32,000 nucleotides of DNA from assembly GCF_000009965.1 (NCBI RefSeq), contig NC_006624.1:720001-752000 (forward strand), read 5' to 3'. A program made the translations under genes and the position numbers. The stretch comes from Thermococcus kodakarensis KOD1 (GTDB lineage Archaea > Methanobacteriota_B > Thermococci > Thermococcales > Thermococcaceae). The stretch's first letter is position 1. The number at the start of each line of letters is the position of its first letter. Below, piece by piece: positions 24,657 to 32,000 of the stretch. A model generated the notes under the pieces. That model had not been told where the DNA came from and made no database searches. It was given only the letters and a program-made list of their open reading frames with translations.

Positions 24657-25379
24657 ATGACGAGGATTTACCACGCGGTCAGGTTCAAGGGCGGAACCGC
24701 CTACGTGTTATTCGACGGCTGTAACTGGAACTGCTCTTTCTGCGTATGGAGGAAGGTAACGCGATGGAGCCTCTGCTTGCCGTTGGAAACGCGCAGAAAG
24801 CTCGACTACATGTGGAGGACGGGTAGAGTTAGGTACCTCTCCGTTAATGAAGTCGTGGACCTCCTGAAAAAAGCAAGGGTAACAACGGCCTTCCTCGGCG
24901 GAGGAGAACCAACCTTGGACCCCGAGCTCAAGGCTCTAATGCGGGCCCTTAGACGCGAGGGGATAAAACCCTGGCTCGTCACCAACGGCGAGAACCTCGA
25001 CGACGAGATGGTGGAGCTCGCCGAGGGGGCGACCTTCAGCATAAAGGCCCTCGACGATGAACTCCACCGCAGAATAACGGGAGCCCCAAACGGAAAGGCT
25101 ATTAAGAACTTCAGGCGCTACGCGGGAACAGGAAAGCTTGTCGCGGAGACGGTCTTTGTGCCCGGCCTCGTGGAGTGCGGGGAAATAGAGAGAATAGCAC
25201 GCTTCATAGCGTCCATCAGCCCAGAAATGAGGCTCAGAATAGACCCACTCGTCCAGGGGGTCGACATTGAGAAGGTGGACGAATGCATAGAGCGCGTGAG
25301 GGAAATTCTGCCGAAAGCGGATAGGATACGCGTTAAGGGAAGCGTTGAGCCCCCCGAAGTCCTCTACCCGGAGGTGTGA
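24657..25379 (+). CDS. Small radical-SAM enzyme of unknown function
   Basis: Start trimmed to [23 protein letters not shown] is a CxxxCxxC cluster motif. [12 protein letters not shown] is the SAM-binding GGEP motif. 240 aa. The cobQ SD and start lie within and just after its last codons. Confidence 0.8.
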   Translation: MTRIYHAVRFKGGTAYVLFDGCNWNCSFCVWRKVTRWSLCLPLETRRKLDYMWRTGRVRYLSVNEVVDLLKKARVTTAFLGGGEPTLDPELKALMRALRREGIKPWLVTNGENLDDEMVELAEGATFSIKALDDELHRRITGAPNGKAIKNFRRYAGTGKLVAETVFVPGLVECGEIERIARFIASISPEMRLRIDPLVQGVDIEKVDECIERVREILPKADRIRVKGSVEPPEVLYPEV

Positions 25380-25381
25380 AG

Positions 25382-26833
25382 ATGGGAAAGGCGCTGATGG
25401 TTCAGGGAACTATGTCTGGGGCCGGAAAGTCCCTCCTCGTTGCTGCCCTCTGCAGGATATTCACGAACCTCGGCTACGATGTGGTTCCCTTCAAGAGCCA
25501 GAACATGAGTCTCAACTCGGCTCCAAGCATCGAGGGGGGAGAGATAAGCCGCGCCCAGTACCTCCAGGCGCTCGCGTGCAGAAAAAAGCCGAGCGTGAAG
25601 TTCAATCCCATCCTCCTCAAGCCCGAGGGCAACATGAGAAGCCAGGTCGTCTTCATGGGCAGGCCGATTGGGAGCGTCTCGGCAAGGGACTACATGCTCT
25701 CAAAGAAGGCTGAGCTTTTTGAAAAGGCCATCGAGGTTTTGAAGGAGCTAATGAGAGAGCACGACCTCGTTATAATCGAGGGCGCTGGCTCTCCCGTTGA
25801 GATAAACCTGAAGGACTACGACATAGCCAACATGCGCGTGGCAAAAGCCGTTAATGCCCCCGTCATCTTGGTGGCCGACATAGACAGGGGCGGGAGCTTC
25901 GCCCAGATAGTCGGGACTATGGAGCTTTTAAGTGAGGAAGAGCGGGAGCTCGTTATGGGCTTCATATTCAACAAGTTCCGGGGCGACGCTTCCCTCCTGA
26001 AGCCCGGCTTCGAGTTCCTCGAAAAGCGCTGCGGAAAGCCCGTTCTCGGTGTTGTTCCGTACATCGAGCATCGCCTGCCCGAGGAGGACTCGCTCGCCGA
26101 GTTCCCGAAGGTTAGGGGCGACCTCCACATTCAGATAATCAAGCTCCCCCACATAAGCAACTTCACTGACTTTGAACCCCTCCACTGGGCTAACGGCGTG
26201 GACTACGTAACGAGGGCCGAGGAAATAAAGGGCGACCTCATAATAGTCCCCGGGAGCAAGAACACGGTAGAGGATCTGCTCTGGATGAGGGAGAACGGAA
26301 TCGAGGACGCGATAATCGAGGCTCACCGCGAAGGTTCCTTCGTCGTTGGCATATGCGGCGGCTTCCAAATGCTTGGAAAGGAGATAATCGATGAGGTCGA
26401 GTCGAAGAGGGGAAGAGTAGAAGGCATCGGCCTTCTGCCAGCCAAAACTGTCTTTACAGGGGAGAAGAGAACCAACCATCTAAAGGCTGAAGTGCTTTGG
26501 GAACCCGCAAGGGGTATGTGGGTTGAGGGCTACGAGATAAGAATGGGGCGCTCAACTTCTGAAAAGCCTTTCTCGGTAATAACCTCAATAAACGGGGCCA
26601 GAGCCTTCGAGCCTGAGGGAGCGATAGGCAAGAGGGCCTTCGGCACATACCTCCACGGAATCTTCCACAACTTCGCCTTCACGGAGAGATTTCTCAACAT
26701 GCTGAGAGCCGAGAAGGGCCTTGAGCCTGTTAAGGTCGAGGAGTGGAGCATCGAAGAGGAGATAGAGAAGTTTACCCGGGTTGTGAGGGAGAGCGTTGAT
26801 GTCGAGTACATAATCCAGAGACTTGGGCTTTAG
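25382..26833 (+). CDS. cobQ: Cobyric acid synthase
   Basis: [25 protein letters not shown]..., EGAGSP.EINL, C-terminal GATase1 domain ([15 protein letters not shown]). Confidence 0.9.
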   Translation: MGKALMVQGTMSGAGKSLLVAALCRIFTNLGYDVVPFKSQNMSLNSAPSIEGGEISRAQYLQALACRKKPSVKFNPILLKPEGNMRSQVVFMGRPIGSVSARDYMLSKKAELFEKAIEVLKELMREHDLVIIEGAGSPVEINLKDYDIANMRVAKAVNAPVILVADIDRGGSFAQIVGTMELLSEEERELVMGFIFNKFRGDASLLKPGFEFLEKRCGKPVLGVVPYIEHRLPEEDSLAEFPKVRGDLHIQIIKLPHISNFTDFEPLHWANGVDYVTRAEEIKGDLIIVPGSKNTVEDLLWMRENGIEDAIIEAHREGSFVVGICGGFQMLGKEIIDEVESKRGRVEGIGLLPAKTVFTGEKRTNHLKAEVLWEPARGMWVEGYEIRMGRSTSEKPFSVITSINGARAFEPEGAIGKRAFGTYLHGIFHNFAFTERFLNMLRAEKGLEPVKVEEWSIEEEIEKFTRVVRESVDVEYIIQRLGL

Positions 26834-27768
26834 CGACACCGATGGAGAATTTTCTTCGTAGCTTTTTCCAGTTTTTTCATCTCAGATGCCATTCTTTCTG
26901 CTAGGGCTTCCCTTTCTTTTTCGCTCATCTCGAATAGGGACTTCGTGAGGGGGTAGTAGATGCACAACCTCTTTGATCCTCTAGTAGTTCCGTATGGTTC
27001 CTCCCACTTGATCTCTTCGATTGGTACATTCATTGCCCTTGCTATTTCGTCAATACGTTCCTGAAGACATTCCTGTATCCGTTCGTTCTCCTCGGGAGAG
27101 GGCTTTCCTATATAGACTCCAATTGAAAATTTGTATTCCCATATACGCCACTCGTAGGGAACATCAGAGACGCCACTACCAAACACGAATCTGTATCTTG
27201 GCCGTGGCCTAAGGTTTTTGCCGTATCTCTCCAGGACTCTTCTCCAGATATCTAGATAAGTCTCTTCCCTGGGTCCCAATCGTTCAATGGCACTCTTACT
27301 GATTTTCCTCCACTGATTGGGCATTACGACGATATCGAAGTCAACCGCATAGGGGGAGTCTCCGATTTTCACAGCCTTCACTTCAATTCCAAAGAATCCG
27401 ATATCCTGGCCAGTGTTCTCGTTAAGCCAGTTTAGTGCCTGTTTATGCTCTTCTGAAAACTTCTCGGCTATCCACACTATGATTTTTGCATCTAATCCCG
27501 ATGCATAAGTGAGTATTTTTCCGAGGTGATCATGATTGGTTTTTTCGAACTGATTCTCTATGATTACCATTCCCTCGCTATTGGCATCCCTCGCAACTAT
27601 ATCCGCAAAATAGCTTCCAATCTGGTATTCCCTCTCAATGTCTTCGAGTTCTACTCCTATTTTTTCTTCGAGAATTTTAATGTTCTCAACAAGCCAGTTA
27701 CTGAACTCCTCTTCCCTGGAAAACACTTTCCGAATAGGGAAGACACCTAAACGGGCAATCTCTACCAT
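26830..27768 (-). CDS. PD-(D/E)xK-like nuclease-fold N-domain + DUF4268-like C-domain protein
   Basis: [17 protein letters not shown]...[45 protein letters not shown] has a D...E.Q/K nuclease-like core. The C-terminal half resembles DUF4268 as I remember it. Sampled 60-nt lines give 38-50% GC versus about 60% in neighbouring cob genes. Confidence 0.55.
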   Translation of the reverse strand: MVEIARLGVFPIRKVFSREEEFSNWLVENIKILEEKIGVELEDIEREYQIGSYFADIVARDANSEGMVIIENQFEKTNHDHLGKILTYASGLDAKIIVWIAEKFSEEHKQALNWLNENTGQDIGFFGIEVKAVKIGDSPYAVDFDIVVMPNQWRKISKSAIERLGPREETYLDIWRRVLERYGKNLRPRPRYRFVFGSGVSDVPYEWRIWEYKFSIGVYIGKPSPEENERIQECLQERIDEIARAMNVPIEEIKWEEPYGTTRGSKRLCIYYPLTKSLFEMSEKEREALAERMASEMKKLEKATKKILHRCR

Positions 27769-27772
27769 ACCA

Positions 27773-28348
27773 TCACCGTCCCGTTGTTAGGTCTTCCCAC
27801 CCAAATATAACTTTTCTCACAAGCCTCGCTATCCTCTCCGCGAGCTTTAAATCCTCCGGCGTGTTGACGTTCAGGGCCAAAAGCGGGTTCTCAAGCTCAA
27901 AGAATCCCTCCCCCTCGAAGCCAACCGCGTTGAGGCCCACTATTGCGTAGCCCCGATAAACGAGTGGCTTAAGGTCTTTTGGGACTTTCTGTATAGGCAA
28001 AACTCCGGTCAGGCTCGTTTTCCCGTTGAAGGCCTTTTTAACGGCATAGAAATCGCTCGGCTTTACGAAGGGAATATCCGATGAGGAGCTTATAAACGGT
28101 CCGAACTCATTTAAAAGCCACTGAACGTCCTCGACATAGCCTTTCCCAGGGGTCTCCATGAAGGGGATCCCCTCGCGAAGGCACAGCTCCCTTGTCTTCG
28201 GCGTGTTTTTTGAGAGGGCCACAATGGTCTCATCAACCCGGGAAGCGGAAGCGTAAACCCAGAGGAGCATCTCTTTGCCGGCTATTTTCAGAACGGGCTT
28301 TTCCTTGCCCATGCGTGTGGACTTGCCTCCCGCGAGGATGATTATCAC
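27773..28348 (-). CDS. cobY: Adenosylcobinamide-phosphate guanylyltransferase (archaeal CobY type)
   Basis: (M)[13 protein letters not shown]...[12 protein letters not shown] is an NTP-transferase G-loop. Located directly after cobS. GTG 28348 overlaps the cobS stop (GTGA); alt GTG 28360. Confidence 0.75.
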   Translation of the reverse strand: MIIILAGGKSTRMGKEKPVLKIAGKEMLLWVYASASRVDETIVALSKNTPKTRELCLREGIPFMETPGKGYVEDVQWLLNEFGPFISSSSDIPFVKPSDFYAVKKAFNGKTSLTGVLPIQKVPKDLKPLVYRGYAIVGLNAVGFEGEGFFELENPLLALNVNTPEDLKLAERIARLVRKVIFGWEDLTTGR

Positions 28349-29040
28349 AGATACCACCACACCAGCGCCATAACCACGAGTGTTCCAGCGCGCGTTATCT
28401 CCGCAGTAGCCCCGAGGCAGTCCCCGTTCAAACCGTCGAAGTTCTTCAGAGAGATCCTAATGATATGGACTCCAAAGAGGAGCCCGAGGATTCCGGCTAG
28501 GGCTCTCGGCTCAAACAGGACAACTGAAAGGCCCAACAAAACATAGAGGAGCGTCCCGAGTGCCAGCTGTCTTCCGTTCATCCCCTCCATGAAGTACGCA
28601 CCCAATCCTTTTCCAAGGGGCCGTTTAGTTGCTAGAGCCAACAACATTGCGTATTTGGAATTCAGCTCCGCCAGAAAGAGCGCGTAGAACGGGAGAAGCT
28701 GGAGGGAATAAACTTGAAGGAGGAGGACTATCACGACCGCAAAAAGCCCCGCTATACCCGTGTTCACGTCCTTCATAACCTCAATTTTCCTCTCCCTGTC
28801 GCCTTTGGCCATTATTCCGTCGGCCCAGTCTGCCAAACCATCAAGGTGGAGGAGACCGATCGTCCAGTAGAGGGCGAGAACCGCAAGCAAATTAGAGAGA
28901 GGAAGTCCGAGATACAGGATAAGGGTTGGAAGGGCCGAGCTAACCAGTGCCACGAGTGGGAAGGCCCAAAGCTCGTTTCGGGCCTTTTCAAAATCTCCTT
29001 TGACAGGGATTCTCGTGAGAAAGGGCAGGATGTTCCTCAT
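28345..29040 (-). CDS. cobS: Adenosylcobinamide-GDP ribazoletransferase (cobalamin synthase)
   Basis: [23 protein letters not shown]. Polytopic, 231 aa. Confidence 0.9.
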   Translation of the reverse strand: MRNILPFLTRIPVKGDFEKARNELWAFPLVALVSSALPTLILYLGLPLSNLLAVLALYWTIGLLHLDGLADWADGIMAKGDRERKIEVMKDVNTGIAGLFAVVIVLLLQVYSLQLLPFYALFLAELNSKYAMLLALATKRPLGKGLGAYFMEGMNGRQLALGTLLYVLLGLSVVLFEPRALAGILGLLFGVHIIRISLKNFDGLNGDCLGATAEITRAGTLVVMALVWWYL

Positions 29041-29450
29041 AATTCTCCCTCGAACAGCTTTGTCATGCAGCCAGCTATAAACCCGCCGATGGCATCATCG
29101 AGGAACGGTGGAAGTTCAGCCAGAATTCCGGGCTTCCTCGTGTCGTAGTAGAAGAAGTTGAAGAGCGCCATCTTTCCGCCGATGTACTCCGCTAGGTTTA
29201 TCCCGATGAGTTCATCAGCCACGAGGTTCACGGGGTCGCCCTCAACTTTGAAACCTTCTTCGAGAAGCAGGGCGGCCATCAAAAGGGCCTGGACGTTGAT
29301 ATCGTTTAAGTAACGGAGCATCAAACCTCTGAGCTTTTCTCTGGCGGCTTCTTTTTCCTCTCCGATGTAGAGCTCCATGGCCGTGTCGAGCATCGCCTCC
29401 AGGGTTACTCCTTTGGATTCGAGCTTTTGGAGGAGTTCTTGAGCGTTCAT
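29037..29450 (-). CDS. Conserved cob-cluster protein; weak candidate for the archaeal alpha-ribazole-phosphate phosphatase (CobZ/PgpA-like C-terminal motif)
   Basis: Evidence is mainly context: ATGA overlaps with the PIN gene upstream and cobS downstream. [14 protein letters not shown] resembles the PgpA C-terminal motif, but I do not see the N-terminal PgpA motif. Confidence 0.3.
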   Translation of the reverse strand: MNAQELLQKLESKGVTLEAMLDTAMELYIGEEKEAAREKLRGLMLRYLNDINVQALLMAALLLEEGFKVEGDPVNLVADELIGINLAEYIGGKMALFNFFYYDTRKPGILAELPPFLDDAIGGFIAGCMTKLFEGEL

Positions 29451-29884
29451 AGCTCAGACCTGCCTTCGAGGAAGTTCAAAACTTCTCTGGGAGTGTAAAC
29501 CTTGATATATCCGCCAACAGATTTCGCAAGCTTCTTGTCTCCCGTGAGAAGCGGGACGTTGAGTGCCAGAGCGAGGGCTACATATGGGATGTCTTTTGGA
29601 TCAGGACAAATTTCCCTGGCCTTTTCCATCCCTTGAAGGACTATGTTTTCGGGAATTACGACAGTCTGTCTCCGTATAATCGAAAGCACGTAGGCAACTT
29701 CGTCTTCACTCAAATGCGTGAGCCTCGATATTCTTTCGCGCTTGGAGTCAAGCTCTTCCCATAAATAGGCTGGAATCAAGAATCGGAACCTCTCAAGGAC
29801 GTGGTTCTCCATAAAAATCCTGTAGGCAACGCCTCTTCCGTGGAGTGCCGAGAAGATGACGTTGAAATCGAGCACAAGCTCCAT
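29447..29884 (-). CDS. PIN-domain nuclease (VapC-like toxin)
   Basis: MELVLDFNVIFSAL (first Asp), YLWEELDSK, DIPYVALALALNVPLLTGDKKL (distal acidic residues). 145 aa. Preceded by a small gene with no gap. Confidence 0.75.
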   Translation of the reverse strand: MELVLDFNVIFSALHGRGVAYRIFMENHVLERFRFLIPAYLWEELDSKRERISRLTHLSEDEVAYVLSIIRRQTVVIPENIVLQGMEKAREICPDPKDIPYVALALALNVPLLTGDKKLAKSVGGYIKVYTPREVLNFLEGRSEL

Positions 29885-30118
29885 TCATACCGCCCCGTAT
29901 CTCCGGGCTATTGACTCTTTTATCTCCTCTTCGAGCTTTTTGAGTCCTTCTTCATCTGGTTGAGCTTTTTTCAGGATCTCCTCAAACTTTCTTGCCTCCT
30001 CAATCCTCCGCTGTATCTCCTGGGAGACCTCAAGGATCACCTTTTCCCTAATGGCCTCGGACATCCCCTCCCACTCGGGAGGTACCTTGATCCGTATGAC
30101 GATCTCGGACGCCCCCAT
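29885..30118 (-). CDS. Small putative antitoxin of the adjacent PIN gene
   Basis: 77 aa, Glu/Lys-rich helical. TGA|ATG junction with the PIN gene. GAGGTGA lies 5 nt upstream of ATG 30118. Confidence 0.45.
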   Translation of the reverse strand: MGASEIVIRIKVPPEWEGMSEAIREKVILEVSQEIQRRIEEARKFEEILKKAQPDEEGLKKLEEEIKESIARRYGAV

Positions 30119-30155
30119 AATCCTCACCTCAATACGCCTAACACCTATAACGTTA

Positions 30156-30796
30156 TTATGTCTTTCTCAACCCAAACCTCGCCCACAGGTACCGCTCGCT
30201 CTCTTCAACGAACTTCACTTCGATGCCGAACCTTTCTTCAAAGAGGGGAGCTTCCAAAACGACCGTGTGAAACTCCCCTGCTTCCCCGACGGGGTCACAC
30301 TGGGGTTCGCTTCCAGGAACTTCTCCAAATCCTCAACCGAGCGGAAGATGTAGCCTAACCACTCCCTCCCGAGCTTTTCTTTGTTCACGGCTATTATAGC
30401 CCACTTAAAGCCCGCTTCCAGCATCTCCTCAGCGAGTTCTCTAGTGTTCCTCCCCCAGAGGGGTTCGAGCGGTTTTATGCCCGCTTTCTCGGCAAGAAGC
30501 TTTACCCACCTCAGGTGGTCTTCGAGGTAAACGTCTCCAGCTATGAGGTAGTCAACTCCAATGGAGCCTATGAACTCTGCCAGGGCATCGCTCCCCTCTT
30601 TCATGTCAAAAGTGAGCATCTCCTTTCCCATGGCAGTTGCCAGCGTCTTTAGCGCCTCTAGATTTTCCCAGTGAGGGGAGAGGCCTATCGTGGTTTTGAG
30701 CGTGAGGAGGTAGGGCACCACTATTCCTTTTTTCTCAGCTAAGTGGAGGGCATAAAGCCCGTCCTTGCCACCCGAGAAGAACGCGACTCCCCTCAA
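30156..30796 (-). pseudogene. PP-loop ATPase of the MJ0570/diphthine-ammonia-ligase family with a 1-nt frame break near the 3' end (decay or sequencing error)
   Basis: N-terminus VAFFSGGKDG is a PP-loop. The track ORF ends ...EANPSVTPSGKQGSFTRSFW*. Another frame reads QCDPVGEAGEFHTVVLEAPLFEERFGIEVKF...* ending at 30156, which is the family GE.GEFHT motif. 641 nt = 3n+2. Confidence 0.65.
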
Positions 30797-31041
30797 AGCC
30801 TCCCCTCCAGTTTAACCCTCTCATATTCCTCTCGTATTTTCTGGAGCTCCTTTTCATCTACGTAGGGAATCACGGCCCCACAATCAAGGCAGAGCCAAGG
30901 ATATGCGTGAGTAGGGCCTTTTATGGCATCTCTAAGGCCGTGCTTCCAGGGCGCCTCCCAGAAGTATCGAGCGTATCCGGCTTGGTAGTTTTTGCCCTTT
31001 ACCATCGTTCCACCGCACATGGGACACCTTTTGGTTTCCAT
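30793..31041 (-). CDS. Zinc-ribbon small protein
   Basis: Start trimmed to METKRCPMCGG...WLCLDCG (CxxC...CxxC). It overlaps the TTG start of the next gene by 4 nt. Confidence 0.5.
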   Translation of the reverse strand: METKRCPMCGGTMVKGKNYQAGYARYFWEAPWKHGLRDAIKGPTHAYPWLCLDCGAVIPYVDEKELQKIREEYERVKLEGRL

Positions 31042-31136
31042 GGTCACCACCAAAGCTATAAACCCCATGGAGTTTTTATCCATTGCGCCCATGAGCAAAA
31101 ACTGTGTAGCAGTAACCAACGGGAGGAGTCCTCAGG

Positions 31137-32000
31137 ATGCACGCTTTAGTTCCCTTTCTCCTGGCACTCGCGTGGGACTTAACCCTTGGTGAACCTCCTG
31201 CAAAGCTCCATCCCGTAGTCTGGTTCGGGAGGATAGCTGGCTTTATCGACTCCCGCTACAAAAGGCGCTCTCCAGTCCTTGATTTCACTGCCGGCCTTCT
31301 CACTGCACTGGTTGTAATCACCTTCGCGTTTCTGCTCTCGATCGTGCCGTTTTACGCGCCCTTTCCCTTAAACTATTTCCTAGCGGCGTATCTCCTCAAG
31401 AGTTCCTTTGCCATAAAAAGCCTCCACGAGCACGTTTCGAGGACGATAACGGATGATATCGAGGAAAAGAGAAGGGCAGTCTCAATGATAGTGAGCAGGA
31501 ACACAAAAGTCCTCGACGAGGCCCATCTAAACTCCGCCGCCATAGAGAGCCTCGCGGAGAATCTGAACGACTCCGTTGTGGCTCCTCTCTTCTACTTCCT
31601 CCTTTTTGGACTTCAGGGAGCGGTGATTTACCGAGCCGTAAACACTCTCGACGCTATGCTCGGCTACCGGAACGAGCGCTACGAGTTTTTCGGCAAGTTC
31701 TCAGCGAGGCTCGACGATGCTTTGAACTTCATTCCTGCCCGGCTGACCGTTCTTCTCTACCTTCCCCTCGGCGGGAGGAAAGTTCCTGAGTACTACAGGC
31801 TGGCAAGGTTCAAGATAAACTCCGACAAGCCAATGGCGGCGATGAGCGCGGTCCTTGGCGTTTGGCTCGAAAAGCCCGGAGTTTACCGCTTTCCAGGGAA
31901 AGAGCCGAAAAACGAGGACATAAAACGAGCTTTGAGAATTTACTGGCTGGTTGTAACTGGGTGGGTTATAGTTGTGGTATTACTGCTCGCAACGGGGGTA
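31137..32000 (+). CDS. cbiB: Adenosylcobinamide-phosphate synthase; 3' end beyond window edge
   Basis: Absent from the track because it is open at the edge. Own translation: [31 protein letters not shown]...[22 protein letters not shown]...[16 protein letters not shown]. No stop in 288 codons. GGGAGGAG lies upstream. Confidence 0.85.
   Translation, partial: MHALVPFLLALAWDLTLGEPPAKLHPVVWFGRIAGFIDSRYKRRSPVLDFTAGLLTALVVITFAFLLSIVPFYAPFPLNYFLAAYLLKSSFAIKSLHEHVSRTITDDIEEKRRAVSMIVSRNTKVLDEAHLNSAAIESLAENLNDSVVAPLFYFLLFGLQGAVIYRAVNTLDAMLGYRNERYEFFGKFSARLDDALNFIPARLTVLLYLPLGGRKVPEYYRLARFKINSDKPMAAMSAVLGVWLEKPGVYRFPGKEPKNEDIKRALRIYWLVVTGWVIVVVLLLATGV

Noticed and set aside
1-32000. Scan for tRNA, rRNA, C/D-box sRNA, riboswitch-like leaders and tandem repeats in all intergenic gaps.
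   Set aside because: No cloverleaf-compatible sequence, no rRNA-like stretch and no convincing C box/D box pair at 50-70 nt spacing were found. Intergenic gaps are mostly under 200 nt and are accounted for by promoters. This was an eye scan, so covariance-model tools could still find small RNAs.

Overview
This window reads as a chromosomal segment of a Thermococcales-type hyperthermophilic archaeon. That is an inference from gene content: a tungsten AOR-family enzyme, an NROR-like flavoprotein, rubrerythrin-like proteins, a DUF835 membrane protein, archaeal CbiZ/CobY/CobT cobamide salvage genes, and A/T-box promoters about 25 nt upstream of many start codons. All family calls rest on motif recognition in my own translations; no database search was possible.

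Layout:
(i) 1-9 kb holds membrane and oxidative-stress genes: a LamG protein, DUF835, two rubrerythrin-like paralogues flanking a tiny wHTH gene, MFS transporters, an NROR-like reductase, and a KaiC/peroxiredoxin fusion scar.
(ii) 9-17.7 kb is a metal(loid) neighbourhood: copR (HTH+TRASH), purK-purE, copA, a CPPC thioredoxin-like gene, two divergent SagB-type nitroreductase paralogues plus a 59-aa membrane protein, acr3 and arsC.
(iii) 17.8-20.5 kb is a translationally coupled aldo/keto reductase + AOR-family operon.
(iv) 20.6-32 kb is a cobamide salvage and nucleotide-loop locus (cbiZ, cobT, radical-SAM gene, cobQ/cbiP, cobY, cobS, cobZ-like, cbiB). Accessory DNA is interleaved with it: a vapBC pair whose vapC is split by a 1617-bp tnpB-only IS200/IS605-type element that carries an RHH gene instead of tnpA; a low-GC PD-(D/E)xK/DUF4268 gene; and a second antitoxin/PIN pair fused by overlapping codons into the cobS-cobY operon.

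I saw no rRNA, tRNA or CRISPR array. Three genes each need exactly +1 nt to restore their frame, which may be homopolymer sequencing error rather than decay.

The most novel-looking items are the RHH-TnpB module with phased ATACT repeats, the mixed TA/cobamide/nuclease operon, an uncharacterised radical-SAM gene coupled to cobQ, and an ATGAA-N6-TTCAT dyad shared by the sagB-like and acr3/arsC divergent promoters. I did not find one clear-cut, self-contained new system, and these remain hypotheses.
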